Of a stretch of 64,000 nucleotides of DNA, positions 1 through 9,169 are shown piece after piece; the stretch's first letter is position 1; the number at the start of each line of letters is the position of its first letter. This DNA is from an uncultured Collinsella sp. (lineage in GTDB: Bacteria > Actinomycetota > Coriobacteriia > Coriobacteriales > Coriobacteriaceae): NCBI GenBank assembly GCA_958372075.1, contig CATXMO010000001.1, forward strand, positions 68,797 through 132,796, written 5' to 3'. The position numbers were made by a program, and so were the translations under genes. The notes beneath the pieces are model-generated. The model saw only the letters and a list, made by a program, of their open reading frames with translations, made no database searches and was not told the DNA's origin.

Positions 1-886
1 CGGCGTCTTTGCCGTCCTGCTGCATTGGGCCGGCGACATTGGACCCCGCCTGGCGATTAAAAGCCCCACCGAGCTGAGCATCCTTTTAATCCTGCCGCTC
101 GTCTATTACATCTTTGACTACGCCACCAACGTCTACACCACGCTGTTCCACTCGGGCTCGGTGGTGACAGTTGAGTTTTTGGCATTTGCGCTCTGTGCCT
201 TCTATCTTATGTTTCTTGCCGTTTACCTGCGCGAATACGAAGAAAAGGAAACCGCCGAGCGAGAGCGTTGGATGCTCGAAACCCGCGACAGCGCCGCCAT
301 CAAAGAGCTCGAGGCTTGGCGTCAATCTGGGCGCGAGCTGTCGATTCTTCGCCACGATATGCGCCACTTCCTACGCGGCCTGGCCACTTTAATTGAGGAG
401 GGCCACACCGACGAGGCGCTCAAACGCATCGATGAGCTCTGCGAAGCCGGCGACCGCACCGCCGTACGCCGCTTCTGCGCCAACGAGACCGTAAACATCG
501 CGCTTTCGTCATTCAACTCAGATATCAATAGAAACGGCATTACCGCCAACCTGCGCGCCGCCGTACCCGAAACCGTCCACGTAGGTGACGCCGACCTGTT
601 TAGCGTGCTCTCAAATGCCTTGGAAAACGCTATCACCGCCGCAAGCGCCGCACCCCAAGGAAAGCGATTCGTCGACCTTGACCTGCGACTTGAGGACGGC
701 CAGCTGTTGCTGTTAGTTTCCAACACGTTTGACCGCGCGCCGCGCATGGTCGACGGCATGCCCGTGACCCGGCATGCGGGCCACGGCTTTGGAACCAAGA
801 GCATCAAACTTGCCGTGGAGCGCATGAACGGCAACTGCCAGTTCCGCATTAACGGCGATCGGTTTGAGCTGCGCGCTGTGATGTAG
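1..886 (+). CDS. Sensor histidine kinase, C-terminal part (GHKL ATPase of AgrC/LytS-like type); the open frame continues upstream of position 1, so the gene is truncated at the window edge
   Basis: The frame is open from position 2 with no stop. An H-box-like LSILRHDMRHFLRGL is followed by N/G-box-like segments (NALENAITAA, GHGFG). The N-terminal part is hydrophobic. Confidence 0.65.
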   Translation, partial: GVFAVLLHWAGDIGPRLAIKSPTELSILLILPLVYYIFDYATNVYTTLFHSGSVVTVEFLAFALCAFYLMFLAVYLREYEEKETAERERWMLETRDSAAIKELEAWRQSGRELSILRHDMRHFLRGLATLIEEGHTDEALKRIDELCEAGDRTAVRRFCANETVNIALSSFNSDINRNGITANLRAAVPETVHVGDADLFSVLSNALENAITAASAAPQGKRFVDLDLRLEDGQLLLLVSNTFDRAPRMVDGMPVTRHAGHGFGTKSIKLAVERMNGNCQFRINGDRFELRAVM

Positions 887-950
887 AAGTACGGCGCCGA
901 TCTCGCGGCGCGCCTCGCCCGCCAGGCAATCGCTCGCCGGTGCCGATCCG

Positions 951-1556
951 CTACAGTGGAGCGACCGCCGGGGTCAGCTGCTTGATGTAGGCCCACATAC
1001 GCTGCTTGGCCGCTTTGTCGGTCAGCGCCTCCTCAAAGCCATCGAGCGCGAGCACGCGGCGGCCCTGCACATGGGCGACCAGGCCGGGCTTGAGCATGGC
1101 GGTGTCGAAGTCATCAATCGCCACGAGCATATCGGCGTAGGTTTCGCGCATGACATCGGCCGCGCTGTTATCGAGCAGCAGCACCGCCTCGGGATCCAGA
1201 GCCTCAAGCGCCTCGCGGAACAGCTCGCACGGCAGAGTCTCGCCCACCGCGACCGCTCCGTCACCTGTGCCGGCGACGCTTGCCAGCACGCAAAAATCCT
1301 CGGGCGCGTAGCCGATGGCCCCAAGCGCCTTGCGCAGCGCAGCACCGTCCGGACCGGCAGCCAGCTCGCCGCCCGAACGCTCGGCCTCGTCCAAATCGCC
1401 TTTGACCAGCACGATCGGCGAGCACGCGTTACCCACGATGCGCACGCCACGGACCGCAAGCGATGTGAGCTCCTGCTCGGCCGCCTGGGCGATGGCTTCT
1501 TTTTTCTGGCTTTGTGACGTGGACATGCGCTCTCCAATCGTTTGCGTGCCCACCAT
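951..1556 (-). CDS. Uracil-DNA glycosylase superfamily protein (family 4-like)
   Basis: 201 aa. The motif VLVKGDLDEAERSGGELAAGPDGAALRKALGAIGY resembles the UDG family-4 GEAPG/FvGxaG region. Convergent with the upstream kinase gene. Confidence 0.45.
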   Translation of the reverse strand: MVGTQTIGERMSTSQSQKKEAIAQAAEQELTSLAVRGVRIVGNACSPIVLVKGDLDEAERSGGELAAGPDGAALRKALGAIGYAPEDFCVLASVAGTGDGAVAVGETLPCELFREALEALDPEAVLLLDNSAADVMRETYADMLVAIDDFDTAMLKPGLVAHVQGRRVLALDGFEEALTDKAAKQRMWAYIKQLTPAVAPL

Positions 1557-1662
1557 TATATAAAAGAGCTGCCCGCGAGTGGTTGCTTTGCGGGCGGCTG
1601 GGTATAAGCACGGTCGTACTGAGTTTTACGCGGCCGAGCCGCGTCGTATTATGGAGGTCACC

Positions 1663-1983
1663 ATGGCTGACATTAAGCAGATTACCCCCGAGAACTTCGA
1701 TTCCATCGTTAACGACAGCCTGCCCGTGCTGGTCGATTTTTGGGCGCCCTGGTGCGGGCCCTGCCGATCGCTCTCGCCCATCGTGGACGAGGTAGCCGAT
1801 GAGCTGGCGGGCAAGCTTGCCGTTGCCAAATGCAACGTCGACGACAACCAGGACCTGGCCATGAAGTATGGCGTCATGAGCATCCCCACGCTGATTGTGT
1901 TTAAGAACGGCGAGGAGATTGACCGCTCGGTTGGCGCTCTGCCCAAGGCGAGGCTGCAGGCGCTGCTGGAGAAGCATCTGTAA
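1663..1983 (+). CDS. trxA: Thioredoxin
   Basis: WAPWCGPC active site. ~106 aa from the ATG at 1663, which is preceded by a GGAGG RBS. The longer track ORF from 1579 is an N-terminal over-extension. Confidence 0.9.
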   Translation: MADIKQITPENFDSIVNDSLPVLVDFWAPWCGPCRSLSPIVDEVADELAGKLAVAKCNVDDNQDLAMKYGVMSIPTLIVFKNGEEIDRSVGALPKARLQALLEKHL

Positions 1984-2093
1984 TACGCTTGTTACTTGCC
2001 CGCCGTCCATGAGCGGTTTTGCACCGCTCGCCGGACTGCCGGGTGCGGCGCGTGCGACCACGGATAGTATGGTAGTTACAAACAGCCCCCAGT

Positions 2094-2132
2094 GAACGGG
2101 TGCGAGTCGCACAGACTCGCACCCGTTTTCTT
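2094..2132 (+). terminator. Intrinsic terminator downstream of trxA
   Basis: A 13-bp GC-rich stem (AACGGGTGCGAGT / ACTCGCACCCGTT) is followed by TTTCTTAT. Confidence 0.6.
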
Positions 2133-2204
2133 ATGCAGCGGCGCGCAGAGCGGGCGTAGTAAAATCTGAACCACTGGATTACCGTCCACACAAGGAGATT
2201 TCCC

Positions 2205-2453
2205 ATGCATGATGTTGGAATGAACATGAGCCAGCTTGCCATGAGCGTCAAGCAGGTCGACGACACCATCGAGCTCGCTCACGAGTGGAGCCATCAGTTG
2301 CTGCATGCGACCGAGAATTTTGACATGGAGCGCATCGGCGCCAAGCTCGAGGCAGCCATGGCCGCGCTGCACGAGGCCCACGACGCACTCGAGGGCTACG
2401 AAGAGGCCATCGAGGCCGACCACAACTCCGTCGGCTCCGTGAAGCTGGTGTAA
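2205..2453 (+). CDS. Small helical His/Glu-rich hypothetical protein, translationally coupled to nikR
   Basis: 82 aa with an AGGAG RBS upstream. Its stop TAA at 2451-2453 lies 1 nt before the GTG start of nikR. Several H-x3-H / EAHD motifs suggest metal binding. Confidence 0.45.
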   Translation: MHDVGMNMSQLAMSVKQVDDTIELAHEWSHQLLHATENFDMERIGAKLEAAMAALHEAHDALEGYEEAIEADHNSVGSVKLV

Positions 2454-2454
2454 C

Positions 2455-2967
2455 GTGGCGGAACACGAGCACGGCTGCGGGTACGAGCACGAGCATCCGC
2501 ACGGGGCGGACGGTGACGCAGGCTGCCACTGTAGTGGCTCCGGCTCCGAGCTGGTCCGCTTTTCGGTTACCGCACCGGACGACCTGCTGCGCCGTTTTGA
2601 CGAACAGATCGCGCGCCGCGGCGACATGGCCAACCGCTCCGAGGCCGTGCGCGACCTGATTCGCGCCTCGATCGCCAAGGAGCAGATGCGCACGCCCGAT
2701 GAGCATGTTATCGGGTCGCTCACCATGATCTACGACCACCATACCGGCGACCTGACGCGCCGTCTGGACGAAGTGCAGCACGACTACACCGACGAGATCG
2801 TATCGACCATGCACGTGCATCTGGATCACCACAACTGCTTAGAGATTCTGGCGCTCAAGGGTCGCGGCGAGCGCGTCTACGAACTAGCCGACCGCCTGCT
2901 GGGCCTGCGCGGCGTTAAGCACGGTGAGCTCACGTGCGCCGCCACCAAGCAGAGCCTGGGGCTGTAG
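2455..2967 (+). CDS. nikR: Nickel-responsive regulator NikR with a His-rich N-terminal extension
   Basis: Ribbon-helix-helix segment ELVRFSVTAPDDLLRRFDEQIARRGDMANRSEAVRDLIRASI. C-terminal nickel-site-like HVHLDHHNC. N-terminal EHEHGCGYEHEHPHG tail. GTG start. Confidence 0.8.
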   Translation: MAEHEHGCGYEHEHPHGADGDAGCHCSGSGSELVRFSVTAPDDLLRRFDEQIARRGDMANRSEAVRDLIRASIAKEQMRTPDEHVIGSLTMIYDHHTGDLTRRLDEVQHDYTDEIVSTMHVHLDHHNCLEILALKGRGERVYELADRLLGLRGVKHGELTCAATKQSLGL

Positions 2968-3008
2968 CGCACCTGTCCCTATTGGTCGGTTTTGATGAGG
3001 GGTGTCGC

Positions 3009-5465
3009 ATGCGACATGTGCATATTCATGTGACGGGCATTGTGCAGGGCGTTGGCATGCGGCCGTTTGTGTATCGCGAGGCCATGGCGCATGGCATTTG
3101 CGGATGGGTGCTCAACGCGGGCGACGGCGTGCATATCGAGGCGCACGCTCCGGCCGATGCGCTCGATGCTTTTGTTGCCGCGCTTTCTGCGCATGCGCCT
3201 GCGGCAGCCCGCGTAGAATATGTCGAGGTTGTGGACCTGGCAGCCCACGGTTGGGATACCGCCAATGAACAGGGTTTTCGCATCGTAGCATCGCAGGACC
3301 AGACCGCGCACACGACGCTCGTCTCACCCGATATCGCCACCTGCGATGATTGTCTGCGCGAGTTGTTCGACCCCGCCGATCGGCGCTATCACTACCCTTT
3401 TATCAACTGTACCAACTGCGGACCGCGCTTTACCATCATCCGGTCGCTGCCTTATGACCGAGCGGCCACGTCGATGAATTGTTTTCCCATGTGTCCTGAG
3501 TGTGCCGCGGAGTATGCCGACCCACTCGACCGGCGTTTTCACGCGCAGCCCGATGCCTGCTTTGATTGCGGGCCGCATATCACGTGGCGCGAAGCGAGCG
3601 TGGGCGGTGAGCCGGGCGAAGCCGCCGCGTTGCCGGCCGTCGGCACCACGCGCGAGACCAGCGACGCCATTATCGACCGCTGTGTTGAGCTGCTGGCCGG
3701 TGGCGGTATCGTCGCCATCAAGGGTCTGGGCGGATTTCACTTGGCATGCGACGCCTCCAACGAGCAGGCGGTAGCCGAGCTTCGCCGCCGCAAACGCCGC
3801 AGCAACAAGCCGCTTGCCGTTATGGTGCGCGACCTTGCCGACGTTGAACGCCTGTGCCATGTCAGCGACGTTGAGCGCGGCTTGCTGACCGGCAGCATTC
3901 GCCCCATTGTGCTGCTGCGCCGACGTGCCGTTTGCGAGAGTGGAGATTCCCCCGACGCCCTCGCGCTCGCGCCGTCCGTCGCGCACGACCTTCCCGAGCT
4001 CGGTGTTATGCTCCCCTACACCCCGCTTCAGCATCTTCTGCTTGCAGCTGCCGCGTCGCACGGTATGCACGCGCTCGTCATGACCAGCGGAAACCTGAGC
4101 GAGGAACCTATCGAGACCGACGATGCCCTTGCATGGGAACATCTTGTTGCCGCCGGCATCGCCGACGCGCTACTTGGCAACGACCGTGCGATTCTCTCAC
4201 GCTACGACGACTCCGTGGTACGTGTGGTCGACGGCACCGTCATGCCTGTGCGTCGCGCACGCGGATATGCGCCGCAACCGTTGTCGCTGCCGGCGCTCGA
4301 CGGCACTGCACCCTGCGTGCTCGCCTGCGGGCCGCAGCAAAAAGCCACGATCGCGCTCACGCGCGAGGACGCCGACGGCCATGTGGCCTGTTTTGTGTCG
4401 CAGCATATCGGCGATGTCGAAAACGGCGCGACCTTCGATGCCTGGAGCGCCGCCCGCGCACGTCTAGAAAACCTCTTTGACCTGACGCCTGCCGCCCTGG
4501 CATGCGACATGCATCCCAACTATCTATCGAGCCAGTGGGCGCGTGAGCGGGCACGGGAGCACAGTCTGCCGCTAATCGAAATCCAGCATCATCATGCGCA
4601 CATCGCGAGCGTAATGGCAGAGGCGATTGTCGCTGGCCGGATTGCGCCTGATGCACGCGTCCTCGGTATTGCCTTCGATGGTACGGGTGCCGGCACCGAC
4701 GGCACCATATGGGGCGGTGAGTTTCTTATCGCCGGCCTTGCCGATTTTGAACGCGCCGCGCACCTGCGCACCTGGGCGCTGCCAGGCGGAGCCACATCCG
4801 TGCGCGATGCCCGGCGCAATGCCTTTGCCCTGCTGAGCGAGCTCGGCCTGCTCGAGCATCCGGGTGCCGCGGGGCTATTGGGCACCCTCGACGAGCAAAC
4901 ACGCAGCGTGACAGCCACCATGATCGAGCGCGGCATCAACAGCCCGCGTACCAGCAGCATGGGGCGTCTCTTTGATGCCGCGGCAGCGATTCTGGGCATC
5001 TGCGACAAGGCAACCTACGAAGGCGAACCCGCCATAGAACTCGAAGCCGCCGCCTGGCGCGCGCTCGACGGTAAGACCGTTCGTCTCGACGGCAATCATA
5101 CGGGCGTATTCACGTCTGCCGACGACTCCCCCATCTTGGACCCCCAACCGCTCATCGAAGCTCTTCTGAATGGAATCGAGGCAGGCGCGCCGGCCGACAG
5201 GCTCGCGCTCGACTTCCATATCGCCATCGTGCGCTCTTCGGCACGAATCGCACGCGAAATCTGCGCGCGCGAAGGCCTCGATACCGTCGCGCTCTCGGGC
5301 GGTGTGTTCATGAACCGGCTTTTGCTTCAGCTCCTTACCCACGAACTCAAAGACGCCGGTCTTGCCGTCTTGGTCCCCCACGCTGTACCCGCCAACGACG
5401 GCTGCATCGCCTACGGTCAGGCCGCCATCGCTCGCGCTCGCCTCGCGCAGACGGCGTTGCGATAG
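3009..5465 (+). CDS. hypF: [NiFe]-hydrogenase maturation carbamoyltransferase HypF
   Basis: Acylphosphatase-like N-terminus (VTGIVQGVGMRPFVYREA). Two CxxC-x18-CxxC zinc fingers. A YrdC-like and a Kae1-like domain. The start is taken at ATG 3009, which follows a GAGGGG RBS; the track ORF begins earlier at 2934. Confidence 0.93.
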   Translation: MRHVHIHVTGIVQGVGMRPFVYREAMAHGICGWVLNAGDGVHIEAHAPADALDAFVAALSAHAPAAARVEYVEVVDLAAHGWDTANEQGFRIVASQDQTAHTTLVSPDIATCDDCLRELFDPADRRYHYPFINCTNCGPRFTIIRSLPYDRAATSMNCFPMCPECAAEYADPLDRRFHAQPDACFDCGPHITWREASVGGEPGEAAALPAVGTTRETSDAIIDRCVELLAGGGIVAIKGLGGFHLACDASNEQAVAELRRRKRRSNKPLAVMVRDLADVERLCHVSDVERGLLTGSIRPIVLLRRRAVCESGDSPDALALAPSVAHDLPELGVMLPYTPLQHLLLAAAASHGMHALVMTSGNLSEEPIETDDALAWEHLVAAGIADALLGNDRAILSRYDDSVVRVVDGTVMPVRRARGYAPQPLSLPALDGTAPCVLACGPQQKATIALTREDADGHVACFVSQHIGDVENGATFDAWSAARARLENLFDLTPAALACDMHPNYLSSQWARERAREHSLPLIEIQHHHAHIASVMAEAIVAGRIAPDARVLGIAFDGTGAGTDGTIWGGEFLIAGLADFERAAHLRTWALPGGATSVRDARRNAFALLSELGLLEHPGAAGLLGTLDEQTRSVTATMIERGINSPRTSSMGRLFDAAAAILGICDKATYEGEPAIELEAAAWRALDGKTVRLDGNHTGVFTSADDSPILDPQPLIEALLNGIEAGAPADRLALDFHIAIVRSSARIAREICAREGLDTVALSGGVFMNRLLLQLLTHELKDAGLAVLVPHAVPANDGCIAYGQAAIARARLAQTALR

Positions 5466-5596
5466 GCTGTTTTGCCAGCCTGCGCGCCGCCGTCTCACAG
5501 GTGTAACGCGTTTGCTCGTGACTCCCGCGAGCGCTACCATCAACTGATGGGTAATTAGGCGCCTATCCAGCGCAAAACGTATAAAAGGGGAACATT

Positions 5597-5857
5597 ATGT
5601 GCCTTGCCGTTCCCGGTAAAGTGGTCAAACGCGACGACGACCTTAAGGCGACCGTCGACATGATGGGCATCGAGCGCCCCGTTTCGCTGCGCCTCGTGCC
5701 GACGGCACAGGTAGGCGACTATATTCTCGTGCACGCCGGCTTTGGCATTCAGATTGTCGACGAGCAGGAAGCCCAAGAGACACTCGAGCTCGTCAATACC
5801 ATGACCGAGCTGGCCAAAGAGGACCAACTCGCCACCAACCCAGCCGAGGCATACTAG
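5597..5857 (+). CDS. hypC: Hydrogenase maturation factor HypC
   Basis: N-terminal MCLAVP motif, 86 aa, AAGGGGA RBS. Confidence 0.9.
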   Translation: MCLAVPGKVVKRDDDLKATVDMMGIERPVSLRLVPTAQVGDYILVHAGFGIQIVDEQEAQETLELVNTMTELAKEDQLATNPAEAY

Positions 5858-6969
5858 TGGCGGCGGCGCAGCCGGTTCGCTCCGGTATCGACTTTTCGGC
5901 ATTTCGCGACCCCAAGCTGGCCCGCGAGCTCATCGATCGTATTCATGAGCTTGTCGGCAACCGCAGCATCAACCTTATGGAAGTCTGCGGTACGCATACC
6001 GTGAGCATTGGCCGCTATGGCTTTCGCTCCATTATGCCGACGGGGCTCAAACTGCTAAGCGGCCCGGGGTGCCCCGTTTGCGTCACCGCCAACCGCGACA
6101 TCGATCACGCAATCGCGCTTTCCAACATGGACGGCGCCATCATCACCACCTTTGGCGACATGATGCGCGTGCCCGGATCGTCCACCTCGCTTGCCGCGCA
6201 AAAGGCGGCGGGGCGCGACATCCGCATCGTCTACTCTCCGCTCGACGCACTCGACATTGCCGAGCAAAATCCCGAACGCCCGGTCATCTTTATGGGCGTC
6301 GGCTTTGAGACCACAACGCCCACCATTGCCGCCGCTATCCTGGAGGCCGACGCGCGCGGGCTCCAGAACTTCTCGGTCTACTGTGCTCACAAGACCACGC
6401 CGCCGGCTCTGCGTGCGATCTCCAACGACCCCGAGACCGCCATCGACGGCTTTATCCTGCCTGGTCACGTCGCTACCATCACAGGCCTGGCACCCTTTGG
6501 GTTTTTGGTCGATGAGTTCGAGACCCCCGGCGTAGTCACCGGGTTTGAGCCGGTCGATATCTTGCAGGGCATCTGCATGCTGGTCCAGATGATTGTCGAG
6601 CACAGGCCCGCAATCGACAACGCCTACCGCCGTGGCGTCAATGCAGACGGCAATCCCGTAGCGCGCCAGCTGGTCGAGCAGGTGTTTGAGCCATGCGACA
6701 CCACGTGGCGCGGGCTGGGGCCGATTGCGGCTTCGGGTCTTTCCATCCGACCCGAATTCGCGCGCTTTGATGCCGGCGCCCGCTTTGACGTGCCCGTTGA
6801 GGCGACGGTCGAGCCACGCGGGTGCCGCTGCGGCGACGTGCTTCGCGGAGCCATCACACCGAGCGACTGCCCGCTGTTCGGCCACGCATGTACGCCCGAA
6901 CACCCCGTCGGCCCCTGCATGGTGAGCTCCGAAGGCAGCTGCGCGGCGTACTTTAGATACCGCGACTAG
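5857..6969 (+). CDS. hypD: Hydrogenase maturation factor HypD
   Basis: CGTH, GPGCPVCV and C-terminal CPLF...C motifs. The start overlaps the hypC stop. Confidence 0.93.
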   Translation: MAAAQPVRSGIDFSAFRDPKLARELIDRIHELVGNRSINLMEVCGTHTVSIGRYGFRSIMPTGLKLLSGPGCPVCVTANRDIDHAIALSNMDGAIITTFGDMMRVPGSSTSLAAQKAAGRDIRIVYSPLDALDIAEQNPERPVIFMGVGFETTTPTIAAAILEADARGLQNFSVYCAHKTTPPALRAISNDPETAIDGFILPGHVATITGLAPFGFLVDEFETPGVVTGFEPVDILQGICMLVQMIVEHRPAIDNAYRRGVNADGNPVARQLVEQVFEPCDTTWRGLGPIAASGLSIRPEFARFDAGARFDVPVEATVEPRGCRCGDVLRGAITPSDCPLFGHACTPEHPVGPCMVSSEGSCAAYFRYRD

Positions 6970-7017
6970 CCCGGACGCCCCCGCGTACCGGCACCACCCA
7001 CGATTGGAGTTTTCGAT

Positions 7018-8052
7018 ATGTCCCGTACTGCCACCGATAGCACTGTCCTGCTGGGCCACGGCTCCGGCGGCCAGATGATGAAGCGCATTATCGATGAGGT
7101 CTTTCTGGATGCCTTTGGGTCGCCCGAGCTGCTTGCGGGCAACGATGCCGGTGTCGCCGCACTGCCCGCAAGCGGGCGAATCGCCATGTCGACCGACAGC
7201 TTTGTGGTAACGCCGCAGTTCTTCCCCGGCGGCAATATCGGCCGACTCGCCGTATGCGGAACCGTCAACGACGTCGCGACCTCGGGCGCTAACGTGCGCT
7301 ACCTCTCATGCGGCTTTATCCTCGAAGAGGGCTATCCCATGGACAAGCTGCGCCAGATTGTGCAGACCATGGCCGAAACGGCGCGCGAGGCGGGCGTGTC
7401 CATAATCACCGGCGACACCAAGGTGGTCGAGCGTGGCGGTGCCGACGGCGTCTACATCAATACCGCCGGCGTGGGCGAAGTGCCCGCGGGCGTAACGCTC
7501 AGCGGTGCGAACTGTCGGCCCGGCGACGCCATCCTGGTATCGGGTACGCTAGGCGACCACGGCATCGCCATCATGAGCCAGCGCGAGGGCTTGGCGTTTT
7601 CGAGCGACATCGAAAGCGATGCTGCGCCGCTCAATCATCTGATTGCCGACGTGCTCGCCGCCGCCCCCGACACCCGCTGCTTCCGCGACCCCACGCGCGG
7701 CGGCCTGGCATCCACGCTCAACGAGTTTGCCCAGGCCAGCGGCGTTGCCATGGAGATCGACGAGGATGCCGTGCCCGTGCGCCCCGACGTGCAGGCGGCA
7801 TGTGAGATGCTCGGTTACGATGTGCTGCAGGTGGCAAACGAGGGCAAGATGGTTGCCGTGGTGCCGGCCGAGCAAGCCGATGCCGCGCTGGCAGCCATGC
7901 GCGCCGCCCGCTACGGCGAGAACGCCGCCATCATCGGTCGCGTGCTGCCACTTGCCGAGGGCGCCCGTCCCGCCGTGCGCGTACGCACCGGCTGGGGCTC
8001 GACCCGTATCCTCGACATGCTTGTGGGAGAACAACTGCCGAGGATTTGCTAA
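7018..8052 (+). CDS. hypE: Hydrogenase maturation carbamoyl-dehydratase HypE
   Basis: PurM-like fold signature. Ends in the characteristic PRIC C-terminus. Confidence 0.93.
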   Translation: MSRTATDSTVLLGHGSGGQMMKRIIDEVFLDAFGSPELLAGNDAGVAALPASGRIAMSTDSFVVTPQFFPGGNIGRLAVCGTVNDVATSGANVRYLSCGFILEEGYPMDKLRQIVQTMAETAREAGVSIITGDTKVVERGGADGVYINTAGVGEVPAGVTLSGANCRPGDAILVSGTLGDHGIAIMSQREGLAFSSDIESDAAPLNHLIADVLAAAPDTRCFRDPTRGGLASTLNEFAQASGVAMEIDEDAVPVRPDVQAACEMLGYDVLQVANEGKMVAVVPAEQADAALAAMRAARYGENAAIIGRVLPLAEGARPAVRVRTGWGSTRILDMLVGEQLPRIC

Positions 8053-8157
8053 CGACAAAGGCTCAGGGCTATTAAAGATATTCAGATTCCAAACATGCCC
8101 GGCACGCATGCCCAGTATCATGGGGTGCGTTTTACAACTCAAGCGGCAGGAGCACCC

Positions 8158-8826
8158 ATGGCAGCAGCTTTTTCCCATGTGATCTTTGATCTGGATGGCA
8201 CCATCCTCAACACGCTCGAGGACCTGGCGGCCGCCAGCAACCATACCTGCGAGATGCACGGCTGGCCCACGTTTGCCGTAGACGAGTACCGCTACAAGGT
8301 GGGAAACGGCATGCTCAAGCTGGTCGAGCGCTTTATGCCCGCCGAGTACGCGGGCGACGGCCGTATGTTTGAGCAGACGCTTGCCGAGTTTAGGGCCTAT
8401 TACGGCGAGCACAAGGAGGACCACACCTCACCCTACGCCGGCACGATTGAGATGCTCGACCGTCTGCGCACAGCGGGCGTTCAGCTTGCCGTGCTCACCA
8501 ACAAGGATCATATTTCGGCAGCCCCGCTTATCGAGAAATACTTTGGCCCCGATCGCTTTGCGCTGGTACAGGGCCGTGTGGGCGCATTTCCGCCCAAGCC
8601 CGAGGCACCCGTCACGTTGCATGTGATGAAAGAGCTGGGCGCCGATCCGGCAACCACGCTCTATGTGGGCGATTCGAATGTCGATGTTCTGACCGGCCAC
8701 AACGCCGGCCTTAAGAGCGCGGGCGTCAGCTGGGGCTTCCGCGGCCGCGCAGAGCTGGAAGCCGCCGGCGCCGACTACGTGGTAGATACGCAGGACGAAC
8801 TCGCCGAGCTAATCTTGGGCGAGTAG
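8158..8826 (+). CDS. HAD-superfamily hydrolase (phosphoglycolate phosphatase-like)
   Basis: Motif I FDLDGTILNT, motif VGDSxxD near the C-terminus. Start taken at ATG 8158 after a GGCAGGAG RBS. Confidence 0.7.
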   Translation: MAAAFSHVIFDLDGTILNTLEDLAAASNHTCEMHGWPTFAVDEYRYKVGNGMLKLVERFMPAEYAGDGRMFEQTLAEFRAYYGEHKEDHTSPYAGTIEMLDRLRTAGVQLAVLTNKDHISAAPLIEKYFGPDRFALVQGRVGAFPPKPEAPVTLHVMKELGADPATTLYVGDSNVDVLTGHNAGLKSAGVSWGFRGRAELEAAGADYVVDTQDELAELILGE

Positions 8827-8868
8827 CGAGCGACACCGCTTAACGCAGCTGCGACAATTCTTCCACGC

Positions 8869-8914
8869 GGAAAGTGCATCCCGTTTTGGAGCTCCGAAAT
8901 GGGATGCACTTTCC
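8869..8914. repeat. 18-bp-stem hairpin immediately 3' of the HAD hydrolase gene
   Basis: GGAAAGTGCATCCCGTTT / AAATGGGATGCACTTTCC around a 10-nt loop (one G-U pair). Confidence 0.5.
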
Positions 8915-8958
8915 GTTTGAGGCGCGTCGGGGAAACCGTATCCCGTTTCAGAGCAATA

Positions 8959-9010
8959 TTCCGGGTCGCGGTTTCCGCAACCCGCCCCATCCGGAAACCG
9001 CGACCCGGAA
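8959..9010. repeat. Perfect 19-bp inverted repeat (TTCCGGGTCGCGGTTTCCG ... CGGAAACCGCGACCCGGAA)
   Basis: Read directly from the sequence. Flanked by further partial copies of CCGGGTCGC and ATCCCGTTT. Confidence 0.6.
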
Positions 9011-9066
9011 TTCGGCCAAAAAACCGGGTCGCATTTTCCCGAGCATTTGATACGGCGTTGATACAA

Positions 9067-9140
9067 GGAGTGTCCCCAACTGCCGGCAGAAAAGGAACGT
9101 CCCCAAGTGCCGCCTCAATGACTACCATGGCAACGCCGCA
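9067..9140. repeat. Copy of the GTGTCCCCAACTGCCGGCAGAAAAGGAACGTCCCCAAGTGCCG / AATGACTACCATGGCAACGCCG dispersed repeat module
   Basis: Near-identical strings recur at 61510-61575, 57554-57596 (reverse complement) and 17990-18025. Confidence 0.7.
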
Positions 9141-9169
9141 GGTAGAGGACGGGCAGCGAGCGGGCACCA

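Noticed and set aside
3324-4142. Minus-strand ORFs inside hypF (this one and its neighbours)
   Set aside because: They overlap the strongly supported HypF frame. Typical high-GC antisense open frames.
9060-9140. Possible CRISPR array suggested by recurring GTCCCCAA-containing units
   Set aside because: The units are not regularly spaced, they are scattered across the whole window in both orientations, there are no unique spacers of uniform length, and there are no cas genes.
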